From contig OX597818.1 in NCBI GenBank assembly GCA_951406725.2, positions 134,974,001 through 135,038,000 on the forward strand: a stretch of DNA of 64,000 nucleotides. Direction: 5' to 3'. The DNA is from Octopus vulgaris (Eukaryota). The notes under the pieces are model-generated. The model was not told the origin of the DNA and searched no databases. It saw only the letters and a list, made by a program, of their open reading frames with translations. Positions 25,523-35,778 of the stretch are shown here, in pieces. The position numbers were made by a program, and so were the translations under genes. Each line of letters starts with the position of its first letter. Within the stretch, counting starts at the first letter, position 1.

Positions 25523-25686
25523 CGACAGGCTTCTTTCAGTTTCCTTCTACCAAATCCACTCACAAGGCATTGGTCGGCCCGGGGCTATAGCAGAAGACAC
25601 TTGCCCAAGATGCCACGCAGTGGGACTGAACCCGGAACCATGTGGTTGGTTAGCAAGCTACTTACCACACAGCCACTCCTGCGCCT
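25266..25686 (-). mobile_element. SINE family A
   Basis: Full-length match to family consensus. Confidence 0.9.
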
Positions 25687-26026
25687 GTATAATAATAATT
25701 GGATCATTGGCTAGATCTGCTATTCCAACCCTTGTTTTGTCTTCTATTGTTTCCAAGAACTGTGAAAAGTTTGTGCTCAAACTATTTTAGGGTTGTTTTT
25801 AATACTGCAAATACCAAAGGACTTTTCAGTGAACACATCTCACTGTCAGATACAACAATAGATATAATCTGTCTTAAACCAACAATCTAATGAGAAGCTG
25901 TTCTAGTATTTCTTTAGATACTCCACATACTTAACATGTTTTCTCAGTTACCTTATTTACAACATTTATCTGATACCGACATAAGAACAGCCACTAATGT
26001 TTTGTTGCCATTATTTATCTATCCTA

Positions 26027-26365
26027 TTTCTTTATTACCCACAAGGGGCTAAATACAGAGGGGACAAACAAGGACAGACATAGGTATTAAGTTGATTACA
26101 TCGACCCCAGTGTGTAACTGATACTTAATTTATCGACCCCGAAAGGATGAAAGGCAAAGTCGACCTCGGCGGAATTTGAACTCACAACGTAACGCAGACG
26201 AAATACCACTAAGCATTTCGCCCGACGTGCTAACGTTTCTGCCAGCTCGCCGCCTTATGCCAGCTCGCCGCCTTGTGCCAGCTCACCGCCTTATGCCAGC
26301 TCGCCGCCTTATGCCAGCTCGCCGCTTTGTGCCAGCTCGCCGGCTTGTGCCAGCTCGCCGCCTTA
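26027..26365 (-). mobile_element. SINE family D with tandemly amplified 5' end
   Basis: Head AAGGCGGCGAGCTGGCAGAAACGTTAGC...GAGTTCAAATTCC; body GCCTTTCATCCTTTCGGGGTCGAT. Confidence 0.8.
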
Positions 26366-26915
26366 ATTTATCTATCCTGTGTGTCTGTTCCTCACAGCCA
26401 CATTAACCCTTTTGATATCAACCTGCTGGAGACTGCCCCAAGTTCTATGGTCTAACTTATAGCTTGAAAGTGATCTAAATGAAAAACTTTCCATCAAAAT
26501 TCCATGTCAGTTTATGTTCCAAAGACCAAGTCAGTAATCAAATTCTTTCATTATATTAAAGATTAAGTGAAACAAAAACAGTGTATTTCAACAAAAATAT
26601 GGTAACAAAAGTGTTAAACTATTCTTTGTAGAGTATGTTCCCATATCATCATCATCATCATCATTTAACATCCATTTTCCAAAGGTTATAATTTACAATA
26701 TGATTTATATTGTCACCTGATGTTTCCCTTTACCATTGTCTTTTAGTTCTTGCTGCCATGTTTATGGCGACTTATTTGTAACACTTCAGTATTTCATTGT
26801 TATTCTTATACTCTCCTTCAAACCTTGTTTTCTTATAGATAGAATTAATAGAATTATTATTATTATTATTGTTATTATTATTATTAATATTATTATTATT
26901 ATTATTATTATTATT

Positions 26916-27305
26916 GAGTGACAGAGCAGTGCATGCCATCAAAGTGACATTGGGGTAAAATATACGAAGCCCAATATACCCATCATGACTACTCGTCTGA
27001 TAAGGGTACACTAGGCACATGCATCACAACCATATGTGCGCGACATGGTGATCTCATATCAAGATAAACAGCACATGACCTTGCAGGTGGGGCCCATATA
27101 GAATTTTCTTCAGGTCGAGTAACCCATCCCACTCGAAAGGTCCCTGAATAAGGGTTGTTTAAGGATGTTGAACGAAACACCCATGTTTCCAGAGGTGAAT
27201 TATTCAAACCCCAAAGAATCCCTCTCAACACACGGCTATGATGCTCCCCCACTACTTCTGCTCGTGATCAGAGATGCACATATTGTCAACCACTAAGGGA
27301 CAGGA
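26916..27305 (-). mobile_element. Retroelement fragment inserted in a (TAA)n microsatellite
   Basis: Non-repetitive 390 nt flanked on both sides by (TAT)n carrying the same TTAAT interruption. Confidence 0.55.
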
Positions 27306-27505
27306 TATTATTATTAATATTATTATTATTATTATTAGCAGCAGCAGCAGTAGTAGTAGTAGTAGAGAGAATTTTTCAATTAGTTTCTATCTTACTGTTT
27401 CCATATCAAATGAAATGGTTGTACTCCACTCCTTACAAAGTCACCATCAAAATTACTACTACAAGCAACAATAAAGAGCTGTTATACACGGGAACATGTA
27501 CATAC

Positions 27506-27585
27506 CTTTGTATCTAAGATGCTCATTATTTTATCTTTGGCCACTTTGACATCATTTTGCATCCCAATTACCTTAATGTGAGGAT
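27506..27585 (-). CDS. BicC: Bicaudal-C exon (DPHIKVIGMQNDVKVAKDKIMSILDTK), 80 nt, phase 1 to 0
   Basis: ctttctag|ATCCTCAC...GATACAAAG|gtatg; continues the frame of the previous exon. Confidence 0.95.
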
Positions 27586-27622
27586 CTAGAAAGAGAAACA
27601 AAGAGACAATGCAATTACATAT

Positions 27623-28014
27623 GGATGGATGGAAGCACTCCGTCGGTTACGACGATGAAGGTTCCGGTTGATCCGAATCAACGGAACAGCCTGCTCGTGA
27701 AATTAACGTGTAAATGGCTGAGCACTCCACAGACATGTGTACCCTTAACGTAGTTCTCGGGGATATTCAGCGTGACACAGAGAGTGACAAGGCCGGCCCT
27801 TTGAAATACAGGTACAACAGAAATAGGAAGTAAGAGTGAGAGAAAGTTGTGGTGAAAGAGTACAGCAGGGATCACCACCATCCCCTGCCGGAGCCCCATG
27901 GAGCTTTAGGTGTTTTCGCTCAATAAACACTCACAACACCCGGTCTGGGAATCAAAACCGCAATCCTATGACCGCGAGTTCGCTGCCCTAACCACTGGGC
28001 CATTGTGCCTCCAC
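27623..28014 (-). mobile_element. SINE family B with TSD
   Basis: TSD gcaattacatat (27611-27622 / 28015-28026). Confidence 0.92.
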
Positions 28015-28761
28015 GCAATTACATATAATGTATCATAGAATAAATATAAACGTGTAAATTTGTTTTATCAAACTGACAGTTGGACTGATATAATACAATA
28101 GCATACCCATGCTGACAATAATGAGAGCAAATATGTTTATTGTATTTTAATGTATTGAAAATGAAGCTACAACATGAAAAAACTAAATTTAATTTTTAAG
28201 ATAGATAGTTATAAGCTGTAATAGATTTTGGTGAAGAGAAAAAAAAAATCATTTTTCAGTTCAATATTTACTTTAACAGTTTACAAACATATTAAGTGAG
28301 TGAAATTGCATAGCAGTTTAGTCATGAGGTCAATTGAATAGCTAGAAATAACAGCCAATATCCCTCAAATTACACCTTACTATCTTAAAAAACACTGTCC
28401 ATGATATACTATAGTGCAAGACAAAATAGAGCGATTCAATCAAGTCTCAATCAGGCCCAACCTAGGGTTAAATAACAACAGTTATTTTTAATACTGGTTT
28501 CAAATTTTGGCACATGGCCAGCAATTTCAGAAGTGGCAAGTCGATTGCATCAGTCCCAGTGCTTAACTGCTTAACTTATTTTATCAACTATGAAAGGATG
28601 TAAGGTAAAGTCAAACTTTACAGAGTTTGAACTCAGAATGTAAAGGCAGATGAAATGCTAAGCATTTATAGTCTGGTACAGTAATGATTCCGTCAGCTCA
28701 TCACCTTAACTATTTTTATTATTTGAATGTAAATGATATTAGATATTAAAATGATAAATAC

Positions 28762-28831
28762 CTTTTTTAGATTTGGCTCCAATCTTCAGTTTTGATGGCC
28801 ACGTAACTTCTGTATTAGTTTCTTTCATAAT
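28762..28831 (-). CDS. BicC: Bicaudal-C exon (first found; IMKETNTEVTWPSKLKIGAKSKK), 70 nt, phase 0 to 1
   Basis: Minus strand ttcag|ATTATGAAA...AAAAAAG|gtattt; peptide matches the BicC-specific WPSKLKIGAKSKKDPH motif. Confidence 0.95.
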
Positions 28832-29114
28832 CTGAACAGAGAAATAAATAAATTAAATAATATACATAAATACTAAAACACATACGTATATACAATTGGT
28901 AATGGGTAAAGAGTGTGGGAGAGCTAGGAAAGCCAAAGTAAGTCCCGTTTGGAGGAATACTAAATGCCTCATATTTGGTAAATAGGAACTGTCTGTATTT
29001 CAAGTATAAAATTAAGATTATGATGATGATTGTATAGAATAATGACCAGGGGTTGAGACTCACAGTCATTAAATTATTGTTAAGTCTCTGGTGAGTCACA
29101 GACTCCAGAACAGT

Positions 29115-29690
29115 GATGCAAAAGTGGATTAAAGTAGTACTGGATTAATGAAAAGAAGATTATTGCAGCAGTGGACTAATGAAGAAATGGATTATTGCAG
29201 CATTGGATTAATGAAGAAATGGATTATTGCAGCAGTGGATTAACGAAGAAATGGATTATTGCTGCAGTGGATTAATTGTGATGTAAAGTAGATTAATAAG
29301 ACGGTGATGCAAAGTGGATTAATGAAGCAGTGAATTAATGGTGATATAAACTGGATTTATGATGCAGCAGATTAATAGTGATGTAAGGTGTATAAATGAA
29401 GTAGTGGATTAATAGCAATATAACATGGATTAAAGTAGCACTGGATTAACGAAGAAGTGGATTATTGTGGCAGTGGATGAATTGTGATGTAAAGTAGATT
29501 AATAAAACAGTGATGGAAAGTGGATTAATTAAGTAGTAAATTAAAAGTGATATAAAATGGATTAATGATGCAATAGATTAACAGTGATGTAAAGTGGATG
29601 AATGAATCAGTGGATTAATAGCAATATAAAGTGGATTAAAAAACACCCATGTAAAATGGATTAATGAATAATGCATTAATGAATAATTAA
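29115..29690. repeat. Degenerate GTGGATTAATG-rich tandem repeat
   Basis: Repeated gtggattaa / atggattattgcagc units. Confidence 0.8.
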
Positions 29691-30024
29691 TAATAGAGAT
29701 ATAGAGTAATTCTTGTAGTAATGGAATAATAAAGCATTGAAGTAGGTTTAGTCAGAGGTCGAGGGGCAGTGTTCAAGACTATTTTCAGGTTCTTCAAGAT
29801 TAATGGGAGCAAGGGAGGTAATTTCTCTTAGATTTGAAACCTGATCTGAAAGCCTGTAACTGAGTGAACCCCACTAATAGCACTTGATGACCAGGTGCTG
29901 CTCTACCTTCCCCAACACAAAAATATCCCTTCTACCTTCCCCAACACAAAAATATCCTTTCTACAAGTTTTTAAACAGTTTTCATCAACTGGGTTTCATT
30001 TACAAAATGAAAGCATTTGTTCAA

Positions 30025-30248
30025 TGGTTGGCAGAAACGTTAGCACGCCGGGCGAAATGCACAGCCGTATTTCGTCTGTCGTTACGTTCCGAGTTCAAAT
30101 TCCGCCGAGGTTGACTTTGCCTTTCATCCTTTCGGGGTCCATAAATAAAGTACCAGTTACGCACTGGGGTCGATATAATCAACTTAATCCCTTTGTCTGT
30201 CCTTGTTTGTCCCCTCTGTGTGTAGCCCCTTGTGGGTAGTAAAGAAAT
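30025..30248 (+). mobile_element. SINE family D
   Basis: Reverse-complement match to the 26027 copy. Confidence 0.8.
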
Positions 30249-31645
30249 ATGTAAATTGAATGCAGTGCAGAAAGGAGAAGAACCTTTTTTTGTGTGTGTT
30301 TGTGTGTGTGGGTGGGGAGAGAAAGAGATTTAACTGACTTTGTATCAAGCTAATAATACATTGGCACAAATCAGAATGGTGTCAGGAAGATACTTACAGA
30401 AATGGTTAAATTTAGTAGCTTCCTGACAAAATGAGAAGTCACATTCAAAATGAAATCAATAAAAATTACTCTTGTAAGTATTACTACTCACCTATTTGTG
30501 AAATATATTAAATAATTAGAAGACAAGCACAATTAATATCAATTTCCTAGAACAGTATTTTCAAGATTTATCAGATGTAGAAGCTAAACTCAAAGCTCTG
30601 CAAGTGGTTAACTGTTTTTTTCTTTTGTAATTTTGAATTGAGCAACTCTATCTTCACAATTCATTTGTATATCTGCTAGATACAGAAAACAATTACATTT
30701 GACTAAATATCTCTCAAATTAGAGCTTGAACTTATAAAAAAGAGAGAGAGAGAAAGAGAGAGAGAGAGAAAGGAAAAGGGATGATAAAAATGTTTTACAT
30801 AGAATCAGTTGACATTTCATCTGACATCTCTAGGAAAGGAGTCCCATTTGCTAGGTTCTCTTATACCAGAAGATAATTAGAGGGGAAAGTTTCAGGCGAG
30901 TTTTCCTTCACCATTTTCATGTCTACGCAAGAAGATAGGTTATGTTTCGCAATAGGGATGTTAAAGCAGCAAGTGGAGAGAATTAGTTTTGAAACCTAAT
31001 CCAGAACTTTCAGCAGCCTCTCTAATAGCTTCAGAATAATTTCTTCTCATCTATTCAACTTTATACAAAGTGACTTGCTGAGCTGGAGTGTAAGTAATTG
31101 TGGGTTTAGTTAATACATGCCATATTGAAGATGTTAACATAGATAAACTCTCCCCTCCATTTTGAAATAAGATATCGCTGACTAAACAAGGACCATTTAC
31201 AACTAAAGAATATATTTATGAAGGGAAAATAATAATAATAATCTAACTAATTAATTGAATAGAATTAACGAGTAAAAAGTTTAAATAAAATTATTTTTGT
31301 CTTATTTCTGTGTAAAATACTAGATTTTAAATGTTTAAAATCATCTTGTAAAATGATAAAATATAAAATATTTGATTGATAAAGATTACTGAGAAAGGAA
31401 GAAAGCAGAATGTAGTGATGATGGCAAAAATATAGGGGTTGTGGGGGAAGTCTTTATAGGGAAAGGGATTGTTATAGTTATGGTAATAGCTATGATGATG
31501 ATGGTTATGACAATGCTGGTGATGATGATTTCCTGTGGTAGAAATACAACCAATTTAATTGTTGTATGGGAATAATTACATGGAAGAAATACAAGATGAA
31601 ATTAATATAATTCACACAGACACACACACGTGTATGTATCCACAC

Positions 31646-31704
<59 letters not shown>

Positions 31705-31718
31705 AGCTAGACAGACAG

Positions 31719-31758
<40 letters not shown>

Positions 31759-31782
31759 CGTGTGTGTGTATATATACACACA

Positions 31783-31830
<48 letters not shown>

Positions 31831-31851
31831 GATAGAAAGCTAGACAGACAG

Positions 31852-31899
<48 letters not shown>

Positions 31900-31949
31900 C
31901 GTGTGTGTGTATATATACACACATGTATGTGTGTGTATATATATATATA

Positions 31950-32315
31950 CTAGCAGTATCGCCCGGCGTTGCTCGGGTTTGTAAGGGAAATAACTATAAA
32001 CCATTTTTAGAGAGTGATAGCCAAAAAATAGCAAAAAAATGGGAAAAAATGATGGTAAATTTTTTTTGAAATTTAAAAAAGGTGGAGTTGCGTCCCCATG
32101 ACAGTTTGTGGTTCGTGTTTCTGATTCTCGACCCCATGTCGAATTTATCGATTTTTTCAGAACTGGGGGAACTTTTCAAAATTTTCGCTGCGTTAGTTTT
32201 GAATTATGACATTGGGCTATGTGTGTGTCAAGTTTCATCAGAATCGGTTGAAAGCCGTGGTCAGGGTGAGGGTACAAGCAAACAGACACACAGAAACACG
32301 CACAGACAAACTGCC

Positions 32316-32322
<7 letters not shown>
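31950..32322 (-). mobile_element. Non-autonomous Helitron, second subfamily (shared 3' end, different body)
   Basis: First ~115 nt match the CTAG/hairpin end of the 344-740 family, then the sequence diverges; flanked by (TA)n. Confidence 0.7.
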
Positions 32323-32355
<33 letters not shown>

Positions 32356-32474
32356 ATCACGTGACCGACCAGACCATCAGATGTTGTTACACATCGCTGG
32401 TCACAATGCGTTCGCATTGTTTTAGCCTTCGAATGACGCCACCCTGCTGGCTAAGCGAGCAGGCTTATATATAT

Positions 32475-32890
32475 CGAAATCGATCAACATCAATGGAAAT
32501 TGCAGCTGTGATACCAGTGCCGGTGGTACGTAAGAGAACCATCCGAACATGGCCGTTGCCAGCACAGCCCCGACTGGCCTCGTGCCAGTGGCACGTAAAA
32601 AGCACCATCCGATCGTGGCCGTTGTCAGCCTCACCTGGCCCCCTTCCCGGTGGCGCGTAAAAAGCACCATCCGATCGTGGCCGTTTGCCAGCCTCGTCTG
32701 GCACCTGTGCTGGTGGCATGTAAAAAGCACCCACTACACTCACGGAGTGGTTGGCGTTAGGAAGGGCATCCAGCCATAGAAACATTGCCAGATCAGACTG
32801 GGCCTGGTGCAGCCTTCTGGCTTCCCAGACCCCAGTTGAACCGTCCAACCATGCTAGCATGGAAAGCAGACGCTAAATGATGATGATGAT

Positions 32891-32892
<2 letters not shown>
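32475..32892 (+). mobile_element. Family C (RTE-type 3' UTR)
   Basis: Same motifs; other copies at 17915-18345, 18925-19137, 19452-19713, 23967-24250, 38108-38265, 49735-50190, 57455-57825, 59510-59755, 63720-63950. Confidence 0.75.
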
Positions 32893-32924
<32 letters not shown>

Positions 32925-33308
32925 TCTATATCTATATCTGTAGTGACTGTCTAACTGAGACACACACACAGGTAAATATACAGATAGATGTATATAGACA
33001 TACAGGTATATATACCCCACATGGACACCACTAACATCATATCAACAAATGTATATCTGAAAATCATTAAGGATCTTGAGTGCCTCATTGTGCCCCGACC
33101 CCACACACCAAAAAATTCACAGGAATAACTTCTAGCAATTCTTGTAAGTGAGGAAATATCATCCAATTGTATAACAACTTTGAACATAAAGAAGCTTGAC
33201 CTTCAAGAAATAGCGGGTAATCAACCCTCAAATCACATTAAAAATTGTCAGATGTAGTGGATAATGAAGTGCAAAAATATATGAATGAAAAGACAAACAG
33301 AATGGCTA

Positions 33309-33683
33309 TACTCTTTTACTCTTTTACTTGTTTCAGTCATTTGACTATGGCCATACTGGAGCACCACCTTTAATGAGCAAATCGACCCCAGGACTTATTG
33401 TTTGTAAGCCTAGTACTTATTTTATTGGTCTCTTTTGCCGAACAACTAAGTTACGGGGACGTAAACACACCAGCATCTGTTGTCAAGCGATGTTTGGGAG
33501 GGGGGGACAAACACAGACACACAAACATATATATATGTTTTCGTCTACCAAATCTCACAAGGCTTTGTGGTCAGCCCGAGGCTATAGTAGAAGGCACTTG
33601 CCCAAGGTGCCACGCAGTGGGACAGGACCCGGAACCATGTGGTTGGTAAGCAAGCTACTTACCACTCAGCCACTCCTACGCCT
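33309..33683 (-). mobile_element. SINE family A
   Basis: Match with small internal deletion. Confidence 0.85.
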
Positions 33684-33899
33684 ATAGTTAAAAACATCTT
33701 TGATCATAGATCTATTTGATCAGGATCAACCTAGGGCTAAACAACAACAGCAATTGATTCTAGAACTGCTGGATCAGGGTTGATCTGGAGCAAGACAAAA
33801 ACAACACAATTTAATCCTGCTAGCAAATCCTATATAGTTCTCCCCCACCTCCCAATGAACATGATCATCCTCAAGGGAGACAGCTGAAACAATGGGATA

Positions 33900-34335
33900 T
33901 CTTCAGTCAATGGTGAATCTTTCAATCAATACCTTTAGTCAGTGGTACTTTAGCAAATGGTGACTCTTTGGTCAAAATACCTTTAGTCAATGGTAAACCT
34001 TTTGTCAATACCTTTTAGTCAGTAATACTTTAGCCAATGGTAAATCTTTAGTCAAAGATAAGTTTTTTGTTTCTGATTGAAATCAACTGATGTAAGCAAG
34101 GTTGTGCAGTTAAAAAGTTACTGCTGCAATTGTGTGGTATCAGGTTCAATACCACAGTGTGACACCTTAGGTAAGGGCTTCCTACCATAACCCCATGTCA
34201 TCCGATGTTTGAGTGGAATCTTTTGTCAATACCTTTTAGTCAATGACACATTTAATCAATACTTTTTAGTCAGTAATACTTTAGCCAATGGTAAATCTTT
34301 AGTCAATAATAAGTCAATGGTAAATTTTTAGTGAA
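33900..34335. repeat. Degenerate TTTAGTCAATGGTAAA tandem repeat interrupted by a SINE-derived piece
   Basis: Repeated agtcaat units on both sides of 34062-34215. Confidence 0.65.
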
Positions 34336-34536
34336 TATCTGCTGCTTGGTATCTTAACTACATCAGTTACATGCGTTTTTTTGTTTTTGAAAAAGAGATA
34401 AACATCACAACTTCTCCATTTCTTTTCCTCCTCTTATCTTTTATCTCGTTTCTAATTTAAAACAACAATCAACATTACCCTGTTTGTTTTTAAACTTCTT
34501 ATTAACAAATCTCCAGAATTTTCTACCATTATACTG

Positions 34537-34576
<40 letters not shown>

Positions 34577-34734
34577 TACCATCCCTCACACATGGAACCA
34601 ACCACACCTTCACCTACACCCACACTAAATAAATAACATAAAGAGAATTACTAATAAGTGCTTATATAAACATATACAAGCAAGTTTATCTTATTTTGTT
34701 CTTTCCATAAATATAATATTTCAAACTAATAAAG

Positions 34735-34845
34735 ACAGCAATAACAATAGCAGCAACATCAGCAGCAGCAGCAGCAGCAGCAGTAGTAGCAGCAACATCC
34801 TCATCATCAACAGCAGCAGCAACCCCCATCAACAACACAGCAGTG
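34735..34845. repeat. (CAG)n/(CAA)n trinucleotide repeat
   Basis: Direct inspection. Confidence 0.85.
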
Positions 34846-35584
34846 TTCCAGGCAGGGTTTATCCAATCATTTATTTATTTACTATTCCTGCTTGCTTCAA
34901 AGATTCCACATCAAATAATCTGTACTCACAGATAGGCAGTACCCCCCCCCCGCCCCCAGTTAGCAGCTCGTACAGGTTTCCACACCTGCATTATCCCATC
35001 CCATTCCCTTCCGAAAATGTTCTTTAATCTTTGTAAGATCCGCTTAAATGGAAACACTGTGTAGTTTAAAATTACAGGAACGGGTTAACATGTTAACAGC
35101 AACAAACCACAGATCTTGTTACATAGATTAAAAAAATAACAACTGTAGGGGTTTTTTTTGTGTGTTTTTTGACATATCAGACATGAGCAATGTATGTCCA
35201 TGTTGTACATGGGGTTAGGGAGCTAAAGTAGCAGAAGAGAGGGACACAGACAGGTAGACAGACAGATGAGAAAAGATAGAGAAAGTGAAACAGCAAGAGA
35301 CAGAGGACAGATAGTAAGAAAAGGAAGAAATAGTAGGCGATAGCAAGAAAGGGAAAGGGAGAGGAAAAGCAAAAGCGTGAAGGATATTTTATAAATTGGA
35401 AGTTTATTTTCAGCAGGAACTCTGAAAACAGAATCAACAAGAGCACTCAGAGAGCGCAAACCTTTTCCAAGGTAACACTGATGTCCTCTCAATGATTAGT
35501 TAGAGATGATTTTTGAAATGTGAATATCTGAAATAAACTTGATTGCTCTCTCAAACTAAAAATGAACCCAACTGCTCTCAAAAA

Positions 35585-35778
35585 TTAAGCAAAAAAGAAA
35601 ACAGGAAAAATTATCCAGAATCCTTGTCCGGTAGCAGATTGATCCCAAAATCTAATCAGTTCATGCCAGTCACGAAGCCAAACATCCCTGAAAGTTTCAT
35701 CTGAGATAACTTGTCCATGGGCAAACAAACAAACACGACTGAAAACAATGCTCTGCTTTCACTAAGGCAGAGGTAATG
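35585..35778. mobile_element. Degenerate Helentron/HINE-like fragment
   Basis: aaaatctaatcagttc...aaagtttcat...(AAAC)n...GGCAGAGGTAAT end resembles DINE/HINE-type elements. Confidence 0.4.
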
